Shown here: one piece after another, positions 40,934 through 51,520 of the stretch | Layout of the letters: each line of letters starts with the position of its first letter | Position numbering within the stretch: position 1 is the first letter of the stretch | NCBI GenBank assembly: GCA_963662945.1 | Contig: OY759974.1 | Location: forward strand, 1,856,001 to 1,920,000 | DNA from: Arcobacteraceae bacterium | Lineage (GTDB): Bacteria > Campylobacterota > Campylobacteria > Campylobacterales > Arcobacteraceae | Direction of reading: 5' to 3' | Length of the DNA stretch: 64,000 nt | The notes under the pieces: model-generated | Seen by the model: only the letters and a program-made list of their open reading frames with translations | The model's database searches: none | What the model was told of the DNA's origin: nothing | Translations under genes and position numbers: made by a program

Positions 40934-41884
40934 ATGAAAATTGGAGTTTCTTCTTGTTTACTTGGAAATCAGTGTCGGTATGATGGTGCAGGAAGTAAGT
41001 TTGATTTTGTAGTAGATGATTTATCTAAATATTTTGAACTTGTACCATATTGTCCTGAAGAGATTATATTTGGAACACCTAGAGAGTCTATAAGACTAGT
41101 TGATGTGAATGGAGAGATAAGAGTTATCTCTAATCAAGTTCAAAAAGATGTGACAAATGAATTAACTGAAATATCACAAACCTTAGCTCAAAAAGCTTTT
41201 GATGATAACTTATGTGGATTTATCTTTAAAGCTAAGTCACCATCCTGTGGAATTGAGAGAGTAAAACTCTATGCTAACAATAGCAAAATGTGTGAGAAAA
41301 AAGCAACAGGTTTATTTGCAAAAGCTGTTCAAGAGAAACAACCTTTTTTACCAATAGAGGAAGATGGAAGATTAAATGATCCATGGTTAAAAGAAAATTT
41401 TTTAATGCAAGTATTTGCATATAAAGATTTGGGAGAATTTCTAAATTCTAAACCGACTTTTAAAGAGTTAGTAGAGTTTCATACAAGTTATAAATATCTT
41501 ATTTATGCAAAATCTCAAGAATCTTATAAAAAGTTAGGTGCGATTGTTGCAAATCACACTAAAAAAGATTTAAATGAGGTTTTAAATGATTATAAACTAG
41601 CTTTTTTAGAAGCGATAGGAAAAAAAGGTAATATTAACAAAACCTATAATGTATTACTTCATATCTTTGGTTATTTTAAGAAATTAATTGCAAAAGAAGA
41701 AAAAGAACATATTTTAGCTGCTTGTGATGAATATAAACAGGGTATTATACCACTTATAGCAGTTATAAAACTTATCAATTTATATGTAACACGATTTAAT
41801 GAAGAGTATTTGAAAAAACAAAAATTTTTAAACCCATATCCTAAAGAATTAGCTTTAAGATCAGATTTAAAAGCATATAAATAA
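40934..41884 (+). CDS. DUF523-DUF1722 protein (YbgA/2-thiouracil desulfurase family)
   Basis: SSCLLGNQCRYDG, CPE, KSPSCG, EEDGRLNDP, HIFGYFK, FLNPYP. Confidence 0.88.
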   Translation: MKIGVSSCLLGNQCRYDGAGSKFDFVVDDLSKYFELVPYCPEEIIFGTPRESIRLVDVNGEIRVISNQVQKDVTNELTEISQTLAQKAFDDNLCGFIFKAKSPSCGIERVKLYANNSKMCEKKATGLFAKAVQEKQPFLPIEEDGRLNDPWLKENFLMQVFAYKDLGEFLNSKPTFKELVEFHTSYKYLIYAKSQESYKKLGAIVANHTKKDLNEVLNDYKLAFLEAIGKKGNINKTYNVLLHIFGYFKKLIAKEEKEHILAACDEYKQGIIPLIAVIKLINLYVTRFNEEYLKKQKFLNPYPKELALRSDLKAYK

Positions 41885-41968
41885 CTAAATAATCAATAAA
41901 TTTATTATTTAATTAAGAAACTTATGTTATAATAAATGATAATAATAAATAAAAGGTTAAATTATATT

Positions 41969-44164
41969 ATGAAACGTAATGTTATCTTAGCTTATATTGT
42001 AGTTATTTTTTTAGGTATTTTTTCTATAAGTTTTTTTATCAATCAAGATAATTATAATCAAAAAGTTGATTTAATTTTAAATAATAAATTATCTCAGTTA
42101 GAAACACATTATAAAATATTTATATTTAACCAAAAAGTACTAACAGATAATATATTTGATGATACAATCCATATACAATCAGTAATTGAAATACTTACAC
42201 AAGCTTCAGAAGAACAAGATGTCAATAAACTTTCAATATTAAGAGAAAAACTCTATAAGTTACTTGAAAAAAAATATGATCATATTAAAAGAAATGGAAT
42301 TTTGCAGTACCATTTTGTATTACCTAATAATGTATCATTTTTAAGGATGCATAAACATTCAAAATATGGAGATGATTTAACAAATATTCGACAAGACTTT
42401 GAATATGTGAATAAATATAAAAAAACAGTACGAGGGTTTTCAAATGGAAGAACTGCTCATGGTTTTAGAAATGTTTATCCAATTTTTAATGATAAAAAAT
42501 ATATTGGAGCTATTGAAATATCATTTTCTAGTGAGAGTTTACAGCATTATTTAATCAAATTAAGTAATTTACATTCCCATTTTTTGATTGATAAGCATAT
42601 CTTTGATTCGAAAGCTTGGGAAAGAGATGATATGATTTTAAAATATTATCCAAGTGCAGAAAATGAAAATTTAATGTTTCATGTGACTTCTGATCATACT
42701 TACGAAAAGTGTATAGTACACAATAGTAAAAATCTTTTGCCACTTCAAAATGAAATTAAAAGAAATTTGGCAAAAAATGAAAAGTTCGTTTTATATATTC
42801 CAAATAATAAAGATGCAAATGTTCTCTCATTTTATCCAGTAACTCAAAATGTTACAAATAAAGTTGTAGCGTGGGTAGCTTCTTATGAATATGTAGAGTT
42901 GTTAGATGATCTAAAAAGTCAAAAAAATTATAATATATTCTGGACTATTATTATTTTATTAATAATTTTCTATTTTATGTATAAACTTTTAAGACAACAT
43001 CAACTTATAAAGGAAAGTGAACATCAACTCTTAGAAAAAACAAAAGAACAAGATATTCTATTATCTTTATTTGATAATGGAGAAACAGTTCTTTTTAAAT
43101 GGAATAATGATCTTAAATGGAGTGTAGAACATGTTTCACAAAGTGTTCATAACCTTTTAGGGTATACAAAAGAGGAGTTTTTAAGTAGGCAAATAGAATA
43201 TAGTTCTTGTATTCACAAAGATGATATAGAAAGGGTACAACAAGAGGTTAAAAATGGCTCACAAACTAAGGATGGGTTTTTTGCTCATCAACCTTATAGA
43301 GTTATTACAAAAGACAATAAAGAGAAGTGGGTATTAGATTATACAACAATTTTGAAACATGATAATGGAGATATTAAAAGTTATATAGGTTATATTTTGG
43401 ATATTACAGAACAAAAAAATAAAGAGAGATTGTTATTTGAACAATCTAAATTAGCTTCTATGGGAGAGATGATAGGAAATATTGCTCATCAATGGAGACA
43501 ACCACTTTCAATAATATCAACAAGTGCAACAGGTCTTCAGATGCAATATGAATATGATTTATTAGATATTAAAAATATTCCACAAGTATGTGAAACAATT
43601 AATGAAAATGCTCAGTATTTATCACAAACAATAGATGATTTTAGAAATTTTATTAAAGGTGGAAGAATTTTAGAACAGTTTGTTTTGTCTGATTTGATTA
43701 ATAGTTCATTGAAATTAGTAGAAGCATCGACAAAGTCAAATAATATAACAGTAGTATTGAATTTGGATGATGATATAGTTCTTTATGGATACGAAAATGA
43801 ATTAAAACAATGTTTTATAAATATTTTTAACAACTCAAAAGATGCTTTGAAAGAGATAAACCAGAAGAAAAGACTTTTTTTTATTACAACTGCAAAAGAA
43901 GGTGAAGATTTTGTTAAAATTATTTTTAAAGATAATGGGAAAGGGATTTTAGAAGAAAATTTAAGTAAAGTTTTTGAACCATATTTTACTACGAAACATA
44001 AATCACAAGGGACAGGATTGGGGCTTCATATGACATATAATATGATAACAAGTGGAATGAATGGAACAATAGCTTTAGAAAATGTAGAATATGCGTATCA
44101 AGAAGTACCATATATTGGTGCTCAAATTACAATTATCCTACCAAAAAAATATAGAGATAATTAA
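41969..44164 (+). CDS. sensor histidine kinase (periplasmic Cache-like domain + PAS)
   Basis: two TMs, PAS, IAHQWRQPL H-box, DNGKG, GTGLGL; ATG 41969 preferred over 41936 (AAAGG upstream). Confidence 0.9.
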   Translation: MKRNVILAYIVVIFLGIFSISFFINQDNYNQKVDLILNNKLSQLETHYKIFIFNQKVLTDNIFDDTIHIQSVIEILTQASEEQDVNKLSILREKLYKLLEKKYDHIKRNGILQYHFVLPNNVSFLRMHKHSKYGDDLTNIRQDFEYVNKYKKTVRGFSNGRTAHGFRNVYPIFNDKKYIGAIEISFSSESLQHYLIKLSNLHSHFLIDKHIFDSKAWERDDMILKYYPSAENENLMFHVTSDHTYEKCIVHNSKNLLPLQNEIKRNLAKNEKFVLYIPNNKDANVLSFYPVTQNVTNKVVAWVASYEYVELLDDLKSQKNYNIFWTIIILLIIFYFMYKLLRQHQLIKESEHQLLEKTKEQDILLSLFDNGETVLFKWNNDLKWSVEHVSQSVHNLLGYTKEEFLSRQIEYSSCIHKDDIERVQQEVKNGSQTKDGFFAHQPYRVITKDNKEKWVLDYTTILKHDNGDIKSYIGYILDITEQKNKERLLFEQSKLASMGEMIGNIAHQWRQPLSIISTSATGLQMQYEYDLLDIKNIPQVCETINENAQYLSQTIDDFRNFIKGGRILEQFVLSDLINSSLKLVEASTKSNNITVVLNLDDDIVLYGYENELKQCFINIFNNSKDALKEINQKKRLFFITTAKEGEDFVKIIFKDNGKGILEENLSKVFEPYFTTKHKSQGTGLGLHMTYNMITSGMNGTIALENVEYAYQEVPYIGAQITIILPKKYRDN

Positions 44165-46425
44165 ATTAAATCTTTAGAAGGTTTTCCTATAAGATAACCT
44201 TGTGAATAATCGATTCCTATAGAATTAATATATTCTAAAGTTTTTGTGTCTTCTACATATTCTGCAATTGTTTGTAGCCGTAAATTATCACATAAAAATT
44301 TTAAACTTCCTATGAGTATTTGTATTTTACTATCAGTGGTAATGTTTTTTACTAAAGAACCATCTATTTTAAGATAATCAATATAGTCACTTAAGTTTAA
44401 AAGATGTTCAAAATTACTGTATCCACTTCCAAAATCATCAATAGCTACTTTACAACCAATACTTTTAACACTTTTAATAAATTTATAAAAGTTTTCATAG
44501 TCTGCTACACTTTCAGACTCAACAATTTCTAATACAAGTTTATGACTTACATTATAGTATTGAATTCTTTCAAATAGAAAATCTATAAAGTTTTCATTTT
44601 CTATATCTAACATACTTATATTGATTGAAAATTCAAAATCTTTATCTTGAAAAAACTTGAATGATTTATTAATAACCATATATGTTAGTGTTTGGTATTT
44701 ATTTAATTCTTTTGCAATAGGCAAAAACTGGTCTGGAAAAATAAATTCATCTTTATATCTTAATCTTATTAGTGCTTCATATTTTTCTATTTTTTCTGTA
44801 AAGTTATTAAAAATAGGTTGATAATGGACTTCAATAGTATCATTTTCAATAGCATGTTTAATTTTTTTAGCTAATTCAATATTGTCTTTGTTTTGTTTGA
44901 GTTTTTGAATATGTTGTTCTGAATAAATTGAAATATCAATTTTATTTTCCACTCCATTATCTAGGGCAATCTCTGCTTCTTTTAATTTTGTTGTACCAGA
45001 GTTTATTATATCCACACCACTACAGCTTATAGCTACATCAACCAATATATCTAAGTCTTTGTCTGCACAAAAATGTTTTCCTTCTAGTTTTTGTAATAAT
45101 TCTTTAAAAATAGGTTCAATATTTTCTTTTTGTGATGGAGAATATTGTAAACTAAAAGTTCCATAACTTACTATATAAATTTGTAGTACATTCGTATCTG
45201 CAAATTGTTTTAAATAGTCTGAAATTTCTAAAATAAGCTGTTCAGAAGTTTTATAACCATATAGATTTTGTATTTTTGTCATATTTTTAATTTTTATTAA
45301 AATAACTAAAGAATCTGGGAATTTATCATTTTCCAAATCTTTGATAAGAGAAATTCTATTTGGTAGATTGGTATTTTTGTGAGTATTAATATTTTCTTCT
45401 ATTTCAGATTTTAAAAAATCAGGCAACTTAGCAAAATATAAAACCAAAGGAGAAAGTATAATAGATAAAAATATTATAAAATATATCAGTGTATTAGAAT
45501 TATCAATATTTTGTTTTGTCAATTCATCATATTTTAATGAGAGTATTAATTTAAGGTTTTGACCATTATTAAAATCTTTTAAAACTTCACTATAAAGTCT
45601 GTCATCAAGATAGGTATCATTATCGAGTATTTCTTGAGCTTTTTGAGTACCAAATTCGTTAAAAATTGTATATGTATTAAATGTATCACTAGCTAAACCG
45701 TATTGAGGGTTTTCATGATTTAAAAATCTTCCTTTTTCATCTATTATCCATATATGATACAAAATTGCTTGATCTAAAAGTTTAAAAAATGTTTTTAAAC
45801 ATACGTTGAGAACAATAATCCCTTTTTTTTGATTTTTTTTGTCAAAAAGTGTTATTCCAAATCGAACTACAGGTTTTTTTATATTTTCTATATTTCCATT
45901 TTCTTTATTAAGATTTATTTCTGAAATACCAATTTCATTTTTATCTAAAGCGATAAATTGTTTAAAATAATTTTCATTACTTATATTTTGAAGTTGATTT
46001 TCAGGGACAATTGTAGATATAGCATTCTCTTGAAAAAGTTTTAAAGGTGTGCCATCTATTCGTATTTTTTCATTTCCTTGCATATCTATATATCGGACTT
46101 GTATGGTACATGGTAATGATTTTTTTATGGTTAAAAAAAGAGATTCAATCTCTGTTTTATTTATTTGATTATTTAGATATTGATTTATAAGAATATCATC
46201 TTGTAAAGCTTTAAGAGTAGTTATATATTGACTAAAAAATTCATTAAAAAATCTATTTCTTTCTTGGCATTTATATTGAATATTATTAATAGAAATATTG
46301 TTTACATCGTTTTTACTGAATTGTGTAAAAGTATAATACACAGCTACAACAATAAAAAAAATAGAAACAATATAAAGAATTATAAATTTTATTTTATAGG
46401 GGATTTTACTAAACATATTAATCAA
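44161..46425 (-). CDS. membrane c-di-GMP phosphodiesterase (Cache-like + degenerate GGDEF + EAL)
   Basis: two TMs; GGDEF position reads SYGTF; YEALIR, DDFGSGYS, AEYVE. Confidence 0.88.
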   Translation of the reverse strand: MINMFSKIPYKIKFIILYIVSIFFIVVAVYYTFTQFSKNDVNNISINNIQYKCQERNRFFNEFFSQYITTLKALQDDILINQYLNNQINKTEIESLFLTIKKSLPCTIQVRYIDMQGNEKIRIDGTPLKLFQENAISTIVPENQLQNISNENYFKQFIALDKNEIGISEINLNKENGNIENIKKPVVRFGITLFDKKNQKKGIIVLNVCLKTFFKLLDQAILYHIWIIDEKGRFLNHENPQYGLASDTFNTYTIFNEFGTQKAQEILDNDTYLDDRLYSEVLKDFNNGQNLKLILSLKYDELTKQNIDNSNTLIYFIIFLSIILSPLVLYFAKLPDFLKSEIEENINTHKNTNLPNRISLIKDLENDKFPDSLVILIKIKNMTKIQNLYGYKTSEQLILEISDYLKQFADTNVLQIYIVSYGTFSLQYSPSQKENIEPIFKELLQKLEGKHFCADKDLDILVDVAISCSGVDIINSGTTKLKEAEIALDNGVENKIDISIYSEQHIQKLKQNKDNIELAKKIKHAIENDTIEVHYQPIFNNFTEKIEKYEALIRLRYKDEFIFPDQFLPIAKELNKYQTLTYMVINKSFKFFQDKDFEFSINISMLDIENENFIDFLFERIQYYNVSHKLVLEIVESESVADYENFYKFIKSVKSIGCKVAIDDFGSGYSNFEHLLNLSDYIDYLKIDGSLVKNITTDSKIQILIGSLKFLCDNLRLQTIAEYVEDTKTLEYINSIGIDYSQGYLIGKPSKDLI

Positions 46426-46553
46426 CTTTATAAATATTTTAATCTTAATGATATAGAAAAAATTATTAAAAAGAGATATAATACAAGTGAAACAAATTTG
46501 TTGTATTTACAAGTGGGTAAATAATAGTACACTTATTAAAAAAGGAGTCTCAA

Positions 46554-47171
46554 ATGTCAAATAGTAATAAACATGGTATTTCAATAGGATTGAATCGGGT
46601 AAAAAATTATTTTTTTATTAAAATGGATATTATAGGTAGTCTCACTCATGAAGATTATGAGATTATAACTCCTATGTTAGAGAATGCTTTACAAGGTGTT
46701 GAAGAGCCAAAAATATCATTATTAATAGATGCGACGCAGTTTGATGGTTGGAGTTTACAAGCAGCTTGGGATGACTTAAAATTAGGTTTGAAGCATAATA
46801 AAGATTTTGAAAAAATAGCTTTTATTGGGAATAAATCTTGGCAAGAATATAGTATTAAAATATCAAATTGGTTTAGTTTAGGAAAAATGGAATATTTTGA
46901 AAATATTGAAGATGCTCTTGTATGGTTAAGTGCAGAAGATACTCTTGAAGTAGAAGAAGATAAAACAATGACACAAAAAGAGATTTTAAGTAGAGAAGAA
47001 GCCATTGAAAATCAATTAGAACTTTTATTTAAAACTAATATGAAAATAACAGATTGGGACGTGCCTGAAGCTGATGATAAAAGTGCAGCGACAATGATAC
47101 TAGAGATATTTCAAAGAAAACTTGATAGCTTAAAAAATGATGTGAAAGATGGAAAATATGATAATTATTAA
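46554..47171 (+). CDS. SpoIIAA-like (STAS/SEC14) protein with extra C-terminal domain
   Basis: G.LTHEDY...GWSLQAAWDDLKLG...KIAFIG...ALVWL; AAGGAG RBS. Confidence 0.8.
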   Translation: MSNSNKHGISIGLNRVKNYFFIKMDIIGSLTHEDYEIITPMLENALQGVEEPKISLLIDATQFDGWSLQAAWDDLKLGLKHNKDFEKIAFIGNKSWQEYSIKISNWFSLGKMEYFENIEDALVWLSAEDTLEVEEDKTMTQKEILSREEAIENQLELLFKTNMKITDWDVPEADDKSAATMILEIFQRKLDSLKNDVKDGKYDNY

Positions 47172-48316
47172 TAAGAATGAGGAATTTCTATTTTTACAAT
47201 AGCATTATTTTGATCATTGGAAATATCTATTACAAAGTTATGTTGATCAATAATTTTTTTAGCGATACTAAGTCCTATACCCAGTCCTTTATGTATTTTT
47301 TTTGATTTAAATGGCTTGTAAATATCTTTTAAAATTTCTTTATCAATTCCACCACCATTATCAACAAAAGAGATGGTGGTTTTATCCGTAAATACTTTTA
47401 TAGAAATATTGAGTTGATTATTTGTAATTGTGCCATTAACTTTAAGTTGATCCAATGCATTATCAAGAATTGCAATAAAGACCTGTTCTAATTTTCTAGC
47501 ATCCCCTTCAATATAAAATTTATATTTTTCTCTATCAATTTCAAGAGTGAAAATTTCATCTAAAATATTGATTTTAGTTATATGTTTTGCTTTATTATGT
47601 GTTAATCTTAATGCAATAATTAAAGCTCTGTAAACATTCATTTTTTTTATTTCAAAGATATTTGTATCAGAAATTTCCCTCATTGATTCAGTAATATTTT
47701 TAATTTTATTGAGTTGTGTTGTTAGAATTTCCAAATCTTGTATGATATTTTTTTTGATTTTATTTTCTTCTAATTGATTGACAGAATCTCTTAAAAACTC
47801 CATTGTACCATTAATTACAGTAAGTGGTGTATTTATTTCATGGCTAATACCACCTGTAAGTTTTCCAATAGCATTATACTGTGCATCTTCAAGTTTTTCT
47901 TCTTGTAATTGTTCATTTATCATCGTAAGTTCTATTTCTTTGGTAACATCTCTTTGGATACCTAAAAAATACTTTAAATTATTATGCTCATCAAAAATTG
48001 GGGAAATGGTAAATTGATTATAGATAAGAGTTCCACTTTTAGAATAATTCCGTACAGTAACTGTTGTAGAAGTTAGACTTTCTATTGAGGTTTTAATAGC
48101 TTTTAAGTTTTTTTGATTTTTATCATGAGCTTGTAAAAATCTACAGTTTTTACCAATAAATTCTTCACGAGAATATTCAAATTTTTGACAGGTGACATCA
48201 TTCACATATATTACTGGATTATCTTCTTGGTTTGGGTCAGATACTACTATTCCATTAGTAGCTTGTTCTATTACCTTTGGTAAATATTTAAAAAGTTCAC
48301 TATTTGGATTGATCAT
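47168..48316 (-). CDS. LOV-domain histidine kinase (putative blue-light sensor)
   Basis: DNPVIYVN, GKNCRFLQ with the photoactive Cys, YFLGIQRDVT, SHEINTPL, DNGGG, GLGIGL. Confidence 0.88.
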   Translation of the reverse strand: MINPNSELFKYLPKVIEQATNGIVVSDPNQEDNPVIYVNDVTCQKFEYSREEFIGKNCRFLQAHDKNQKNLKAIKTSIESLTSTTVTVRNYSKSGTLIYNQFTISPIFDEHNNLKYFLGIQRDVTKEIELTMINEQLQEEKLEDAQYNAIGKLTGGISHEINTPLTVINGTMEFLRDSVNQLEENKIKKNIIQDLEILTTQLNKIKNITESMREISDTNIFEIKKMNVYRALIIALRLTHNKAKHITKINILDEIFTLEIDREKYKFYIEGDARKLEQVFIAILDNALDQLKVNGTITNNQLNISIKVFTDKTTISFVDNGGGIDKEILKDIYKPFKSKKIHKGLGIGLSIAKKIIDQHNFVIDISNDQNNAIVKIEIPHSY

Positions 48317-48484
48317 AACACTCTTTTTCTTTTTCTTCTTCTTATTGATTATGTTAGTTTAGTACCATTTTATTTAAAAGCCTATAAATTTTAATAAATT
48401 AGAGATTAGTTTTAGTTATAATCTTTGCAAAAGCTAAGATTAGTTAGTATTGTGTATTATCTTTATTAATAGGTGGTCTAAATA

Positions 48485-51028
48485 ATGGGTATTAAGACAT
48501 TAAAGAATTATTTTCGTCTTTCGATGATAATTACAACATTTAGTTTATTTTTTATATTTTATATTTTTTCATCTTATATACATACTAATTTAACAATACA
48601 AGAAAATCAAAAAATATCAGAATCACTCTCAAAACAAGTTTTTAATTCTATGTACCAAGTTATGAGAAAAGGTTGGAGTAGAGAAGAATTACAAGCATTT
48701 ATTAGTGAAACAAAAAACTCATTTGAAAATAGTTCTTATGGTGTAGAAATCTATAGAGGTGAAAATGTTGAAAAACTTTTTGGTGTTATTAACCAATCTA
48801 CTATTACTCCAGATGTTCAAAAAGTTTTTGAGACAAAAGAGAAACATTTTATATCTACAGACAATACAACAAAAATCATCACTCCTATTATAGCAAAACA
48901 AGAGTGTATAGTATGTCATACAAATGTTCAAGAGGGCGATATTTTAGGTGCTGTAAAAGTTGAATATGATTTTAATGATATGATTATTCAAACAAGAGAA
49001 CAATACTTACTCTTTTCACTCATAATTTTACCAATAATGTTTATTATAGCGTTTGTAATTTCTCTTAATTTTTTAAAGAAAGTTAATTTTTCAATTGAAA
49101 ATTTTGGAGATAAAGTAAAAAGTATTAACACTGTTAAAGATTTTAAAAATATCGATATAGTCAATACAAAAGATAGTTTTCAAGAATTTGATAAAATTAT
49201 GAATGGTTTAAATTTATTAAGTGCAAAATTAAAAAATATAGCAGTTGATAAAGATATTTTAGAATTTGAGGTAAAACTTCTTGATAAAATGGTGATTACC
49301 TCTGACATTATTAAAGATTGGAAAGAATATATTAAAGATCTTCTCCATGAAATCAATATTGTTCTTCCTGTACACTGTTTAATTACTATATTTAAAACAG
49401 AAGATGAATTTTATGAAGTGGAGATATTTTGGCTCGGAAAACCAGAAGTGAATTTACAACATCATCTTGAAAATGTTGCAAAAGAGATGATTTATGAACA
49501 TCACAAGCAAGAGAAAGCTGAAATGGTTATTAACCACAATATTTCAAATGAGAATTTTTGTTTAAGAACTTTAGGTGAAGATGATATAGAACATGAAGCA
49601 AAATCTATTCTTTTAGATGCGCCAAAAATAGGTGGAATTGTAGGACTTGGAATTCAATCAAGAATGGAAAAAGACTCAATACATTCTATTGTAATAGATT
49701 CTATTTTAACTACACTTTTAAATCTTGTAGGTTCAATAAAAGCCATCAATAAATATACAGAAAACTTGGAATATTACGCTACAAGAGATCCTCTTACTGG
49801 ATTATTTTCTCAAAGAGTTTTTAGAGACTTATTAGAATACGAGGTAAAAAGAGCAGCTAGACATAAGTATCATTTTGGTGTTTTAGTAATAGATTGTGAC
49901 AATTTTAAGCCTATCAATGATACACATGGACACAGTTTTGGTGATGAGTTTTTAAAAGCTTTCGCAGATATTTTAGAAAATTCAAAAAGAGATGAAGATA
50001 TTTTATCACGTTATGGTGGTGATGAATTTACAATAATACTTCCAGAAAGTGATCACAATGAAACTTATACAGTAGCTAGAAGAATTTTAGAAAACGTAGA
50101 AAACTTTGAGCTAGCTGCACCTGATGGTTCTATGATAACAATGACTGTTTCAATTGGTATGGCGATTTTCCCAGAGCATTCAACGGAACCAAAAGAGTTA
50201 TTTAACATAGCAGACTCTATGATGTATAAAGCAAAATATGAAGGAAAAAATGCTGTTAAATTTCCAACAGATGATGAAATAGAAGAGATACATCAAGAGT
50301 TAGAAGATAACTCTATGATAGTTTTAGATGCTATTAAAAATGAAAAAATAGTACCACATTTTCAACCTATTATGAATGTAAAAACAGGAACAGTTGAAAT
50401 TAATGAATTACTTATGAGAATTGAATTAGATGGTGAAATGATAAGTGCTGGAAAGTTTATAGAAACAGCTGAGTCACTTGGAATTGTACACCAAATGGAT
50501 TATATTGTTATAGAAAAAGCATTTCAAAAAATTAAAGAAAGAAATTATGAAGGTATATTATTTATCAATCTTTCACCAAAAGCTTTAATGATAGGTGAGT
50601 TTATAAAAAAAGTTGTGAAATTAACAGTAACATATAATATTAATCGGGATAATATTGTTTTTGAGATCACTGAGCGGGAAACTGTAAAAAGTTTTACATT
50701 ACTAGAAAAATTTGTACAAAACTTAAAACTTGAAGGTTTTAGTTTTGCAATTGATGATTTTGGTAGTGGTTTTTCATCATTCCATTATATTAAAAGATTT
50801 CCAATTGATTATATAAAAATTGATGGAGATTTTATAGTAAATATTCATAAAGATAAAAAAGATTTAGCTTTCGTAAAATCTATAGTATCTTTAGCTCAAG
50901 AGTTAGGGGTAAAAACAGTTGCTGAATTTGTTGAAAATGAAGAAATATTAGAATTTTTACAACAAATTGATATAGATTATGCACAAGGATTTCATTTAGG
51001 AAAACCATCTATTGATTTTGTGACTTGA
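48485..51028 (+). CDS. membrane GGDEF-EAL protein with periplasmic CxxCH sensor
   Basis: CIVCH between two TMs, RYGGDEF, ELLMR, DDFGSGFSS, AEFVE. Confidence 0.9.
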   Translation: MGIKTLKNYFRLSMIITTFSLFFIFYIFSSYIHTNLTIQENQKISESLSKQVFNSMYQVMRKGWSREELQAFISETKNSFENSSYGVEIYRGENVEKLFGVINQSTITPDVQKVFETKEKHFISTDNTTKIITPIIAKQECIVCHTNVQEGDILGAVKVEYDFNDMIIQTREQYLLFSLIILPIMFIIAFVISLNFLKKVNFSIENFGDKVKSINTVKDFKNIDIVNTKDSFQEFDKIMNGLNLLSAKLKNIAVDKDILEFEVKLLDKMVITSDIIKDWKEYIKDLLHEINIVLPVHCLITIFKTEDEFYEVEIFWLGKPEVNLQHHLENVAKEMIYEHHKQEKAEMVINHNISNENFCLRTLGEDDIEHEAKSILLDAPKIGGIVGLGIQSRMEKDSIHSIVIDSILTTLLNLVGSIKAINKYTENLEYYATRDPLTGLFSQRVFRDLLEYEVKRAARHKYHFGVLVIDCDNFKPINDTHGHSFGDEFLKAFADILENSKRDEDILSRYGGDEFTIILPESDHNETYTVARRILENVENFELAAPDGSMITMTVSIGMAIFPEHSTEPKELFNIADSMMYKAKYEGKNAVKFPTDDEIEEIHQELEDNSMIVLDAIKNEKIVPHFQPIMNVKTGTVEINELLMRIELDGEMISAGKFIETAESLGIVHQMDYIVIEKAFQKIKERNYEGILFINLSPKALMIGEFIKKVVKLTVTYNINRDNIVFEITERETVKSFTLLEKFVQNLKLEGFSFAIDDFGSGFSSFHYIKRFPIDYIKIDGDFIVNIHKDKKDLAFVKSIVSLAQELGVKTVAEFVENEEILEFLQQIDIDYAQGFHLGKPSIDFVT

Positions 51029-51041
51029 TGATTTATTCTAC

Positions 51042-51084
51042 ATAATAATACAAATAGAAAGATTAGAATTATTTGTATTATTAT
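51042..51084. terminator. AT-rich inverted repeat between convergent genes (possible terminator)
   Basis: ATAATAATACAAATA, 13 nt, TATTTGTATTATTAT (perfect 15-bp arms). Confidence 0.45.
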
Positions 51085-51102
51085 TATTATTTGTAAAATA
51101 AT

Positions 51103-51447
51103 TTAAATTATTTCTACATCTTTTACATCAATGCCTGATAGTTTTTCCATTTTTTCTTCAACTAAATCTAAAAACTCTGCTCTGTTTTTTTCATCCATAT
51201 TATTAGCTAGCATCTCATTTATATATTTAATACCATTTGCATTGATTTTTTTTACACTGGCTAAATAATGAACAAAGGCAATAAGTTTTACATCATTTAT
51301 AGAATAAAGTTTTTTATTCTCTTGTTCTTCTTTTTTAGGTAATAAACCTTTTTCTTCATACATTTTAAGTGTTCGTATTTTTGCACTTAAAAGTTCTGCA
51401 ATAGAACTCAAAGGTAATATGTCTTTTTCATTGTCTAAAAGTGCCAA
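51103..51447 (-). CDS. MerR family regulator (HspR-like length)
   Basis: LSSIAELL..KIRTLKMYEEKGLL...KKLYSINDV; GAGG RBS, TTG start. Confidence 0.85.
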   Translation of the reverse strand: MALLDNEKDILPLSSIAELLSAKIRTLKMYEEKGLLPKKEEQENKKLYSINDVKLIAFVHYLASVKKINANGIKYINEMLANNMDEKNRAEFLDLVEEKMEKLSGIDVKDVEII

Positions 51448-51520
51448 GTTGTTTTCCTCATATAGTAATGAGTAATTATATCAAAAAATTATTTATAACA
51501 AAGTTGATACAAAAATAAAT

